NCBI GenBank assembly: GCA_045598025.1
Contig: JAZLLH010000061.1
Location: 4,551 to 68,550, forward strand
Source of the DNA: Bacteroidales bacterium
Lineage (GTDB): Bacteria; Bacteroidota; Bacteroidia; Bacteroidales; WCHB1-69
DNA: 64,000 nucleotides
Reading direction: 5' to 3'
In this document: in pieces, positions 55,208-64,000 of the stretch
Numbering within the stretch: position 1 is the first letter of the stretch
Layout of the letters: each line of letters opens with the position of its first letter
Made by a program: the position numbers and the translations under genes
The notes under the pieces: generated by a model
The model's database searches: none
Told to the model about the DNA's origin: nothing
What the model saw: the letters and a program-made list of their open reading frames with translations, nothing else

Positions 55208-56812
55208 ATGGCGGCATACTTTCAATTCTACAACATGCAGAGAAATAAAATGACTTTGATTCGACGACTGATAGTGATAACGTGTTCCATCTTTCTGATT
55301 GGAGGGGAAGTTACAGCACAGAAGCATTCGCCCATACAGTGCTCGGCCGATCTGCTCCAATATGACCAAGACCTCATGGAAGACATACAGGTTTTTACCG
55401 GGAATGTGGTTTTCCGGCACGAAGGCAGCATCGGCTATGCCGACACCGTTTTCTACAATCGGCAAACCAACACCCTGGATGCCTTCGGAAAAGAAATCAT
55501 CATCCATATCAATGATTCCACCCATCTATATGGACGCTGTCTGCATTATGACGGAGAAAGTCGCATTGCCACCATTGATCGGGATGTCATGCTGTTTGAC
55601 AATTATAGCGTACTATATACGGACCGCATGGTATTCTATCGGGATGAGAACATGGCGGAATATACCTGCGGAGGAAAAATCGTCAACGACAGTGCTACCA
55701 TGACCAGCCATAAAGCCCGGTATTTCACGAATACCAGCACGGCCCATTTCCAAGAGGATGTCCATATCCTCCATCCGGATTTCGATATGCAGACAGATTC
55801 TCTCCTTTACAATACAGCCCAAAAAACGGCCCATTTCATCACATTCACCACCATGCATTCCGACAGCAGCACCATCTATTGCAAAGACGGGTGGTTTGAC
55901 ACCCAACGGAAGACGGCCGAATTCTACCAAAATGCCCAAATCTATTCCGAGGGCATGCTGCTGACAGGCGACACCATTCACTATGACCATAGCGTGGAAT
56001 GCGGATGGGTCCGATCCAACGCCTGCCTGCTGGATACAGCAGAGCACCATAGCGTCAGCGGAGACTATCTCGAATATAACGGCCGGGAGAACTGCGCCTT
56101 TGCTACGCAGCATGCCATGCTGTCGTATGTCGGAGAAACAGATACGCTCTTTCTTCATGCTGACACCCTTTGGGCTGATTTGGACACTACCCGTCATCTG
56201 AAGGCAGCATCCGCCTATCCTGGCGTTCGATTTTTCCGCAAGGACTTTCAGGGACGCTGCGGCAGATTGGACTATTGGGTAGCTGATTCCATGGCCCAAA
56301 TGAGTGAGGCTCCGCTGCTGTGGACGGATTCCAACCAGATTCTGGCCGACACCGTCCGTATCTTTATTCAGAATCAGGAGCCCAAAGAAGCACACTTGCT
56401 CCACCATGCCTTCGTCAGCGAGAATGTGCTGGAAGAATCTCATTTCAATCAGGTGAAAGGAGAGACCATGTATGTGTATTTCAAAGAAAATCACCTGGAT
56501 TATGCCTTAGTCGAAAACGAAGCGTCCTGCCTGTACTACATTCAGGAGAAAGACTCTTCTCTGATAGGAGTGCACAAAGCCGAGGCCGAACGCATGCGCA
56601 TCTTTTTCGAGGACGACGAAATCTCGTCCATCACTTTTTACCGCAAAATCAAGGGGGAATTCGGGCCAGAGGCCCAAAAACAGGAAGAACGCCTTCTGCC
56701 GGAATTCATTTGGCTGAGCAGCATCCGACCGAAGGAAAAATCAGATATCTTCCAAGCGGACCATCATCAGCCCGTCCTACGGGAAAACAACGACAATGAC
56801 GAAGATGAGTAA
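55208..56812 (+). CDS. OstA/LptA-like repeat protein (large Bacteroidetes form)
   Basis: N-terminal anchor/signal. Repeated pattern of the GNVVFRHEGSIGYADTVFYNRQTNTLDAFG type, reminiscent of OstA-like beta-jellyroll units. Confidence 0.5.
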   Translation: MAAYFQFYNMQRNKMTLIRRLIVITCSIFLIGGEVTAQKHSPIQCSADLLQYDQDLMEDIQVFTGNVVFRHEGSIGYADTVFYNRQTNTLDAFGKEIIIHINDSTHLYGRCLHYDGESRIATIDRDVMLFDNYSVLYTDRMVFYRDENMAEYTCGGKIVNDSATMTSHKARYFTNTSTAHFQEDVHILHPDFDMQTDSLLYNTAQKTAHFITFTTMHSDSSTIYCKDGWFDTQRKTAEFYQNAQIYSEGMLLTGDTIHYDHSVECGWVRSNACLLDTAEHHSVSGDYLEYNGRENCAFATQHAMLSYVGETDTLFLHADTLWADLDTTRHLKAASAYPGVRFFRKDFQGRCGRLDYWVADSMAQMSEAPLLWTDSNQILADTVRIFIQNQEPKEAHLLHHAFVSENVLEESHFNQVKGETMYVYFKENHLDYALVENEASCLYYIQEKDSSLIGVHKAEAERMRIFFEDDEISSITFYRKIKGEFGPEAQKQEERLLPEFIWLSSIRPKEKSDIFQADHHQPVLRENNDNDEDE

Positions 56813-58529
56813 CGCACCCGAACTGCTGCATGCCGAATCGCTGAGCATAGACTTCCCGGAAAAAGAGACAGGGAAACGATTCCGCGCTGTTGACGGACTT
56901 TCCTTTTCTATACACGAGGGAGAAATCGTAGGTGTGGTTGGAGAATCCGGCTCCGGGAAATCAGTCACTTCGTTAAGCATCATGCGCCTGCTGAAAAAAG
57001 CCGAATACTGTGGACATCTCTGGTTTCACAGAGACGGACGTTGCGACGACCTGCTGTCCCTTTCCAACAAACAGATGTGTGCACTGAGAGGTGCTCACAT
57101 CGGCATGATTTTCCAGGAACCCATGACCTCCCTGAATCCTTCCATGCGTTGCGGCCGACAAATTGCGGAAAGTCTGCGAATACACCGGCAACTATCCTCC
57201 AAAGAAGCTGAACAGGAAGTGCTGAGACTGTTTGAACAAGTCAGACTTCCGGATCCGAAAAAAACCTTCCGTTCTTATCCTCACGAAATTTCCGGAGGCC
57301 AAAAGCAGAGAGTCATGATTGCCATGGCCATCGCCTGCCGTCCCCGCCTGCTCATTGCAGACGAGCCGACCACCGCCCTGGACGTCACAGTGCAAAAAGC
57401 CATACTGGAGTTACTGAAACAGTTGAGAAAGGACTTGGGAATCAGTATTCTTTTTATTTCCCACGACCTGGGTGTAGTCGCCAACATAGCCGACAGGGCC
57501 ATCGTCATGTACAAGGGGAAAAAAATGGAAGAAGGCCCCATACGCGAACTTTTCCTGCATCCGCAGCATCCTTACACCAAAGGCTTGCTGGCATGCAGGG
57601 TGCCTCTGGATAAACGGTATGAACATCTGCCTACTGTACAGGACTTTCTGCAAGCAGGCAACAATGACCCCTTGGAAAAACGGAAACTGATTTCCGATGA
57701 ACAATGGCGGCAAGAAGCCGAATCTTTGCAAAATACCACACCGCTGCTGGATGTACGTCACCTGTGCAAATTCTACCCCCTTCCCCGCCAATGGGGAAAA
57801 GCAAGAAACTATTTTCATGCGGTGGACGATATCAGTTTCCAACTGTACAAAGGAGAAACACTGGGACTGGTCGGAGAATCCGGATGCGGGAAAACCACTT
57901 TGGGCAGAAGTATCCTCCGCCTGATCGAGCCCTCACAAGGCGAAATCATTTACAAAGGAAAGGACATACGGCTTTTGAAAACAAACGAAATGCGCGAACT
58001 CCGGAAAGAGATACAGATTATATTTCAAGATCCCTATTCTTCTTTGAATCCGCGATTTACTGCAGGGATGGCAATCATGGAACCCATGAAACTGCATCGC
58101 GTTCTTTCCAACGACAGGGAACGAAAGGATAAAGTGGTGGAACTTCTGGAGCAAGTGGACCTTCAGGCCGATGATTTTTACCATTATCCTCATGAATTTT
58201 CCGGAGGCCAACGGCAACGCATCTGCATTGCCCGGGCATTGGCTCTGAAGCCGCAACTGATTGTCTGCGATGAATCCGTATCTGCTTTGGATGTATCTGT
58301 CCAGGCCCAGGTACTCAATCTACTGAAGGAACTGAAAAAACATTATCAGTTTACCTATATTTTTATTTCCCACGATCTTTCGGTCGTAAAATACATGTCC
58401 CATCGTGTGCTGGTCATGCAGAAAGGACGCATGGAAGAACTGCAGGCAGCCGACGAACTCTATCGCCACCCGCAGTCTGAATACACGCAGCACCTGTTGG
58501 ATGCCGTTCCGAAAATCGATTTTTTATGA
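56796..58529 (+). CDS. ABC transporter ATP-binding protein with two fused NBDs (Dpp/Opp/GsiA type)
   Basis: Two Walker A motifs (GESGSGKS, GESGCGKT), two signature motifs (SGGQKQR, SGGQRQR), and oligopeptide-type C-terminal motifs (HPYTKGLL, SEYTQHLL). The start may be 56796 or 56805. Confidence 0.88.
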   Translation: MTKMSNAPELLHAESLSIDFPEKETGKRFRAVDGLSFSIHEGEIVGVVGESGSGKSVTSLSIMRLLKKAEYCGHLWFHRDGRCDDLLSLSNKQMCALRGAHIGMIFQEPMTSLNPSMRCGRQIAESLRIHRQLSSKEAEQEVLRLFEQVRLPDPKKTFRSYPHEISGGQKQRVMIAMAIACRPRLLIADEPTTALDVTVQKAILELLKQLRKDLGISILFISHDLGVVANIADRAIVMYKGKKMEEGPIRELFLHPQHPYTKGLLACRVPLDKRYEHLPTVQDFLQAGNNDPLEKRKLISDEQWRQEAESLQNTTPLLDVRHLCKFYPLPRQWGKARNYFHAVDDISFQLYKGETLGLVGESGCGKTTLGRSILRLIEPSQGEIIYKGKDIRLLKTNEMRELRKEIQIIFQDPYSSLNPRFTAGMAIMEPMKLHRVLSNDRERKDKVVELLEQVDLQADDFYHYPHEFSGGQRQRICIARALALKPQLIVCDESVSALDVSVQAQVLNLLKELKKHYQFTYIFISHDLSVVKYMSHRVLVMQKGRMEELQAADELYRHPQSEYTQHLLDAVPKIDFL

Positions 58530-61136
58530 TTCAGGCGAGGCCTTCTTGTTGTAAAAGACAAAGGCATCATCTATATAATCTATGGTAATCACCTCCTCCG
58601 GCATCAGTTTGTCCGCCAATATCATTTTGGATAAATTATTAAGTATCTGTTTCTGTATCACTCTTTTCAAAGGTCTTGCCCCATATTGTGGATCATAGCC
58701 GGAAGCGGCCAGCGCATCCAAGGCATAATCCGTCAGAGACAGGGACAGATTATTCTGTGAAAGCAATTCCTCCAACTGCCGCATCTGCAATTTGACAATG
58801 CTGCGGATTTCCTTTTTGCTCAAGGGTTTAAACATGAGTATTTCATCAATACGGTTCAGCAACTCGGGACGGATGGTCTTTCTCAAAAGCGTCATCACCT
58901 CTTCCTTCGCCTCTTCCACTACCAAATCATCCACTACTTCCGCCTTGCTGAAATGCTCCTGTATAATGGAAGATCCCAAATTGGAAGTCATGATGATGAT
59001 GGTATTTTTAAAATCGGCAACCCGACCTTTGTTATCTGTCAAACGGCCGTCATCCAGCACCTGCAGCAGAATATTGAATACATCGGGATGGGCTTTTTCT
59101 ATTTCATCGAACAACACGACAGAGTATGGCTTGCGACGCACTTTTTCCGTCAGTTGCCCGCCCTCGTCATAGCCAATGTATCCCGGAGGCGCTCCCACCA
59201 GCCGCGACACCGTATGGGCCTCCTGATATTCCGACATATCAATCCGGACCATGGCATCCTCCGTATTGAAAAGATATTCCGCCAATGCCTTGGCCAATTC
59301 GGTTTTTCCGACTCCGGTAGTTCCCATGAACAGGAACGAACCTATGGGACGTTTCGCATCCTGCAATCCGGCTCTGCTCCGACGGATGGCATCTGCTATG
59401 GCAGAAATGGCCTCTTCCTGTCCAACCACCCTTTTGTGCAGTTCTCCTTCCAGATTCAGCAATTTTTCCTTTTCGCTCTGCATCATTCGCTGTACAGGAA
59501 TTCCAGTCCATCGGGCCACAACAGCGGCCACATCATCGGCTCCCACTTCCTGGTCAATCATAGGAGTATCTCCCTGCAACACCTGCAGGTTTTCCGCCGT
59601 TTCCGCCAGTTTCGTCTCCAACTCTTTCATTTTTCCATAACGCAGTTCGGCCACCTTGCCGTAATTTCCGTTGCGCTCCTCCTGAACAGCCTGAAACTTG
59701 GTTTCCTCAATTTCATTCTTGCATTCCTGAATCTGGTTCACCAGCTGCTTTTCCTGCTCCCAACGGGCCCGCATACTGTTGCGGATTTCTCCCAAAGAAG
59801 CAATCTGCTCCGTCAGTCGGGAAATCTTCTCCTGATCGTTTTCCCGCTTGATGGCTTCGCGTTCAATTTCCAATTGTCTGATTTTCCGTTCAATATCATC
59901 CAATGGTTGGGGTACGGAATTGATTTCCATGCGGAGCTTGGAAGCAGCTTCATCTATCAGATCAATGGCTTTGTCCGGCAGAAAACGGTCCGCAATATAA
60001 CGTTGGGACAAGTCCACCGCAGCCACCAGCGCTTCATCCAGAATTTTCACCTGATGGTGCTTCTCGTAACGCTCCTTCAATCCCCTTAGAATGGATACTG
60101 TAGAAATCCTGTCGGGCTCATCGACATACACTACCTGAAAACGGCGTTCCAATGCTTTGTCCTTTTCGAAATATTTCTGATATTCCGAAGTCGTAGTGGC
60201 ACCTATGGCTCGCAATTCCCCTCTGGCCAATGCCGGTTTCAGGATATTGGCTGCATCCATGGCTCCTTCTCCTCCTCCGGCTCCGACCAGGGTATGGATT
60301 TCATCTATGAACAGGATGATTTCTCCATCGCAGGCTGTCACCTCTTTAATGACACTTTTCAGTCTTTCCTCGAACTCTCCCTTATACTTGGCTCCGGCCA
60401 CCAAGGCTCCCATATCCAGGGAATACACCTGCTTCATCTTCAGATTCTCCGGAACGTCGTCCGAGACGATTCGATGCGCCAATCCTTCTGCAATGGCAGT
60501 TTTTCCCACACCGGGCTCGCCAATCAGTATAGGGTTGTTTTTCGTCCTTCGGCAGAGAATCTGCAATACCCTGCGGATTTCTTCATCCCTCCCGATGACC
60601 GGATCCAGTTTTCCCTGACGAGCCAAATCATTCAAATTGCGGGCATAACGGTTCAAGGCCTGATAACTCTGCTCTGCATGGGGAGAGTCCACATGGCTGC
60701 CCTTCCGCAATTCCATAATGGACTGTTTGAGTCCGGATTCACTCAAACCACTGTCTTTTAATAATTTTGACACATCATCCTGCGCAAAGAGCATGCCGTA
60801 CAGCAGATGCTCCACAGACACATAGTCATCCTTCCATTCAGACAATACGACAATGGCTTTCTGTATCGTTTTTTGGGCAGAAGCCGACAGATACACGGAG
60901 GAAACATCCCCGCTGACCCGCGGGTAGGATTCTACCATGTGGTCAATCACCTTGACTACCATGGAAACATTTACTCCGTTCTTTTTCAAAAGAAAAGGGA
61001 GCACATCTTTATCTTCTTCCAGCATTGCCTTCAGCAGATGAGCATTCTCTATCTGCTGCTGATGATGGGAAATAACTATCGTCTGTGCCTTTTGCAGCAC
61101 TTCCTGAGATTTCACGGTCAATTGATCTGCATTCAT
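58524..61136 (-). CDS. clpB: ATP-dependent chaperone ClpB
   Basis: 870 aa. Clp N-domain, two AAA+ modules (GEPGVGKT, GTTGVGKT) and a long middle coiled coil. Confidence 0.96.
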   Translation of the reverse strand: MNADQLTVKSQEVLQKAQTIVISHHQQQIENAHLLKAMLEEDKDVLPFLLKKNGVNVSMVVKVIDHMVESYPRVSGDVSSVYLSASAQKTIQKAIVVLSEWKDDYVSVEHLLYGMLFAQDDVSKLLKDSGLSESGLKQSIMELRKGSHVDSPHAEQSYQALNRYARNLNDLARQGKLDPVIGRDEEIRRVLQILCRRTKNNPILIGEPGVGKTAIAEGLAHRIVSDDVPENLKMKQVYSLDMGALVAGAKYKGEFEERLKSVIKEVTACDGEIILFIDEIHTLVGAGGGEGAMDAANILKPALARGELRAIGATTTSEYQKYFEKDKALERRFQVVYVDEPDRISTVSILRGLKERYEKHHQVKILDEALVAAVDLSQRYIADRFLPDKAIDLIDEAASKLRMEINSVPQPLDDIERKIRQLEIEREAIKRENDQEKISRLTEQIASLGEIRNSMRARWEQEKQLVNQIQECKNEIEETKFQAVQEERNGNYGKVAELRYGKMKELETKLAETAENLQVLQGDTPMIDQEVGADDVAAVVARWTGIPVQRMMQSEKEKLLNLEGELHKRVVGQEEAISAIADAIRRSRAGLQDAKRPIGSFLFMGTTGVGKTELAKALAEYLFNTEDAMVRIDMSEYQEAHTVSRLVGAPPGYIGYDEGGQLTEKVRRKPYSVVLFDEIEKAHPDVFNILLQVLDDGRLTDNKGRVADFKNTIIIMTSNLGSSIIQEHFSKAEVVDDLVVEEAKEEVMTLLRKTIRPELLNRIDEILMFKPLSKKEIRSIVKLQMRQLEELLSQNNLSLSLTDYALDALAASGYDPQYGARPLKRVIQKQILNNLSKMILADKLMPEEVITIDYIDDAFVFYNKKASPES

Positions 61137-61334
61137 GATTTTTCTTTTTTCAAGTCCACCACCACATACTCAAATCCTGTTCCAAAATTCAAATCAGACA
61201 AAAAACTGCCAAAATTGCACATTATGCGCAATTTTAAGGACAAAATGTCAGCAAATCATTTTTTTTCGGAAGTTTTGATGTTCATACCTGATTTTTATGG
61301 ACATTTGCATATTGATTTTAATGGGATAAATTTT

Positions 61335-63683
61335 ATGAAAATTAAATTTAATCGATTGATTACCAGTTTGTTGGCATTGGCTTGTGTTTCCGGTTACAGT
61401 CAATCGGAATGGTCCAGAATGGAAAAAAACATCCTGATTCAACAGCCAAAAAGTTCTGAATTTCTTCGTAGTAGTGTGAGCCCGAGCCCAATAGTAGCTC
61501 AGAGCACAACACCTCTCCCCGATGCGGGAATTACGGTAGAAAATCCTTTGCAAATCAAGGATGCAGAAGGTGAGTTTACCTCCAAGCGCATTCTCAAACC
61601 CGGAGAATGTCTGGTATTTGAAATCAATGACAAAGAATTGAAAGAGGATTCCTCCGCATTGGAAATCCTTTCAGAAGACATTGAAAACGCCATCGCCCGT
61701 GTGCCTGCATGGCTTAGGTACGACCTGAAATTCAAATTCCGCAACACCGAATATCCGGTGCTGCGCACTCAGATGGTCAACCTTATCAACCAAACACCCA
61801 AACGCTATTTGGACGAAGTTGCCTACCAACTCACCTACCTCCCGACAGAAGTGTTGAAGGACAGCCGTTTCATCAATACATGGGATTGGCTGGTAAAAAA
61901 TGTAGAACTGATATACACTCATGCGGATTCCCTGAAATACGTTCGCCTGGTTGAACACGGAGACACGGCCAGCGGGGACTGGTACACTACTACCGAATAC
62001 AAAATCAGACAGAACGGTCAGTACATCTGGAGGGAAATCGACCGTTACTATTATTACATGTTTATCGTCATGCCCAAAATTGAACAAGAAGGCGTCTACG
62101 TGACCGATAAAGCTTCCTCTACCGGCCAGCGCACCTGGGGATACGGATGGAGAGAATACCTCTGGTCCGATCCGGATTCAACACACAGCTACCGCCCGGT
62201 GGGTATTTCCGGATACAAAGTGGTCAGTTCGTCTGGCGCCTACGACACCCTGAAGGTGGATTCGGTTCCCCGCTTCGGAGAAATCATGCAGATGCCTGAA
62301 TATTTGTGGGACGAACAAACCGGCATATGGTTTTTCCTGCGAGACTTCAAAGCCAGCGATCATGCTTTGAATGTGCTGGGCAACTGGTGTTCCCGCTGCA
62401 TTCCCATGGATGTGACTTCCAGTGATGACTATCGTCCTTCCCAACCCAACCAAATTGCATGGAAACACGTGGGCAACTGCCATGAAGATGCCCTGCTGGT
62501 AGCCGCTGCGGCCCGCACGGCGCTTATCCCCCTCATGCATATCGGTGACTTCTGCGATGACCACGTATGGGGCATGATGCACGATGGAGGAGACAGCCTG
62601 TGGCATCATTTCGAATTCTTCCGTGGAGGGTGCTCTCCCTCCAGACCCTACTATTGGGGAATGACCAATATGCAGCCAAACGGAAACTACGGATGGAACA
62701 GTTCCTTGGTGCAAGGTTATGTGCCGGACGGAACCCTGTTCAACGTATCGGACTATTACACCGAAAAGACTCCTGCCAGCTACATGGAACTGACCATTAC
62801 AGATGCTGACGGAAAACCGGTAGACGGAGCCCGGGTCAATCTTTACTCCACCAACTACCAATACAGCGCCAACAATCCCTATGTGATGTCCGCCGGATAT
62901 CTCTGGTCCGATGCCAACGGAAAAATCCGGGCCAAATTGGGCAGTGGCAACAAATACTACATGAAAATCAGCCATCCCAAATACGGTTCCTTCCCAGAAG
63001 AATCCGGCAGGGTATACGTTATGATCAAAGACAAGACCGTGGCCGGCAAATCATACAAAATCAACTATAAATTTTCCGGAACAGCCAAGCGCTCGGAAAG
63101 AGCTTCTGCACAAGAAGTGTTTGCCAGCGATAAAGGACTGAAACTGAATTTGAGCGCCCGCAACCTTACAGTAGGCAGCAATCCGGTAGATGGCCAGCTT
63201 TCTTCCTTCTGCGAACGGACCGGATACTACGCCGGTTTGAATGTCTACGTAGCGAATGCTGCACAATACGCGGAAAAAGACAGTGCGCTGTATTCTTTCA
63301 AAGGATTGGCCAACGGCAGTTTCGACATTCCCCTGCCCAAAGAAGGCAAATCCTATGTAATAGTCGCCAACGACCGCAACCTCACCAACTACGTAGAAGT
63401 TTCCTACAGTGCTTCCCTGACAAGTGCCGGAAATTTTGACATTACGGGGCTGCAGGAAACAGACAAGGAAGTTATATCCATCTATCCCAATCCGGCCAAT
63501 GACCGTCTATACCTGCAGACGGAAAGCCCGCTTTGCCAGGCTGATATCTACAGCACGGACGGACGGTTGGTTAAAACATCCCTTTCCAACGAAATCGGAC
63601 TGGAAGGAATGCCTGCCGGCATGTACCTGATTCGCGTAAAGACAAACCGGGGCTGCTCTGTCATGAAATTTGTCAAACAATAA
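61335..63683 (+). CDS. Secreted transglutaminase-like (Cys-His-Asp) protein with T9SS type-A C-terminal sorting domain
   Basis: ORF 60807 trimmed to the ATG at 61335 (signal MKIKFNRLITSLLALACVSGYSQ). GNCHEDALLVAAAARTALIP...DDHVWGMMHD is a transglutaminase-type core. C-terminus ISIYPNPANDRLYLQT...AGMYLIRVKTNRGCSVMKFVKQ. Confidence 0.7.
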   Translation: MKIKFNRLITSLLALACVSGYSQSEWSRMEKNILIQQPKSSEFLRSSVSPSPIVAQSTTPLPDAGITVENPLQIKDAEGEFTSKRILKPGECLVFEINDKELKEDSSALEILSEDIENAIARVPAWLRYDLKFKFRNTEYPVLRTQMVNLINQTPKRYLDEVAYQLTYLPTEVLKDSRFINTWDWLVKNVELIYTHADSLKYVRLVEHGDTASGDWYTTTEYKIRQNGQYIWREIDRYYYYMFIVMPKIEQEGVYVTDKASSTGQRTWGYGWREYLWSDPDSTHSYRPVGISGYKVVSSSGAYDTLKVDSVPRFGEIMQMPEYLWDEQTGIWFFLRDFKASDHALNVLGNWCSRCIPMDVTSSDDYRPSQPNQIAWKHVGNCHEDALLVAAAARTALIPLMHIGDFCDDHVWGMMHDGGDSLWHHFEFFRGGCSPSRPYYWGMTNMQPNGNYGWNSSLVQGYVPDGTLFNVSDYYTEKTPASYMELTITDADGKPVDGARVNLYSTNYQYSANNPYVMSAGYLWSDANGKIRAKLGSGNKYYMKISHPKYGSFPEESGRVYVMIKDKTVAGKSYKINYKFSGTAKRSERASAQEVFASDKGLKLNLSARNLTVGSNPVDGQLSSFCERTGYYAGLNVYVANAAQYAEKDSALYSFKGLANGSFDIPLPKEGKSYVIVANDRNLTNYVEVSYSASLTSAGNFDITGLQETDKEVISIYPNPANDRLYLQTESPLCQADIYSTDGRLVKTSLSNEIGLEGMPAGMYLIRVKTNRGCSVMKFVKQ

Positions 63684-63716
63684 AATCACAGAATATTCAC
63701 ATTTATAAATACTGTC

Positions 63717-64000
63717 ATGAACGATTTAGAGAAAAAATCATATGCCATGGGAGCCGCCATCGGCAGTAACTATATGGGAACCGAATGGGATGCTAAAGCT
63801 TTTGCCGAAGGATTCATGCACATGGTCAGCCATCAACCCCTTTCTTTATCCATGGACGAAATCCAGCACCAGCTTGAAATCTTCCAAACAGAAATGGAAA
63901 AAGGAGCACAGAAAGGAGTAGAGGAAGAAAAAGCCAAAGGCAAGGCTTTTCTGGAAGCCAACAAAAAAAAGGAAAGCATCCATGAAACCGCATCCGGACT
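63717..64000 (+). CDS. FKBP-type peptidyl-prolyl isomerase (FkpA/Mip-like), N-terminal part only
   Basis: MNDLEKKSYAMGAAIGSNYMG...AFAEGF...KGKAFLEANKKKESI is typical of the FKBP_N dimerisation domain. The gene runs off the window. Confidence 0.6.
   Translation, partial: MNDLEKKSYAMGAAIGSNYMGTEWDAKAFAEGFMHMVSHQPLSLSMDEIQHQLEIFQTEMEKGAQKGVEEEKAKGKAFLEANKKKESIHETASG

Noticed and set aside
60807-61334. N-terminal 176 codons of ORF 60807..63683
   Set aside because: They overlap the clpB coding region on the opposite strand. A canonical signal peptide starts at the ATG at 61335, so only 61335..63683 is called.
1-64000. CRISPR arrays, rRNA, transposases, integrases, prophage blocks, reverse transcriptases
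   Set aside because: I looked for regularly spaced direct repeats and for the corresponding protein motifs among all listed ORFs. I found none. The only repeats are the short ones reported.

Overview
Bacteroidota (Bacteroidales-like) chromosomal segment with about 50 densely packed protein genes. Most are housekeeping: alaS, purD, mpl, pepD, aspartate kinase, queD, malic enzyme, recO, rdgB, dnaN, pcm, kdsB, clpB. There are two tRNAs (Ser-UGA, Ala-GGC). Type IX secretion (T9SS) is well represented: a DUF5103 plug-domain protein, two cargo proteins with type-A C-terminal sorting domains, and a membrane-anchored protein with a type-B sorting domain directly behind an ECF sigma factor. Two patches look accessory. 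(i) At 1.6-3.0 kb lie a lipoprotein with atypical codon usage and a DUF4160/DUF2442 pair whose first gene is broken by a perfect 8-bp tandem duplication. (ii) At 8.2-16.9 kb, downstream of tRNA-Ser, lie an EamA transporter and a translationally coupled type I R-M operon (hsdM, DUF1016 PD-(D/E)XK nuclease, hsdS, hsdR) whose AAG/AGG-rich codon usage differs from the flanks. I saw no CRISPR, rRNA, transposase or integrase. I do not see a clear-cut new multi-gene system. The best follow-up candidates are the sigma / anti-sigma-like / T9SS-CTD module and the nuclease embedded in the R-M operon. All family assignments come from reading the translations and recalling motifs, not from searches.
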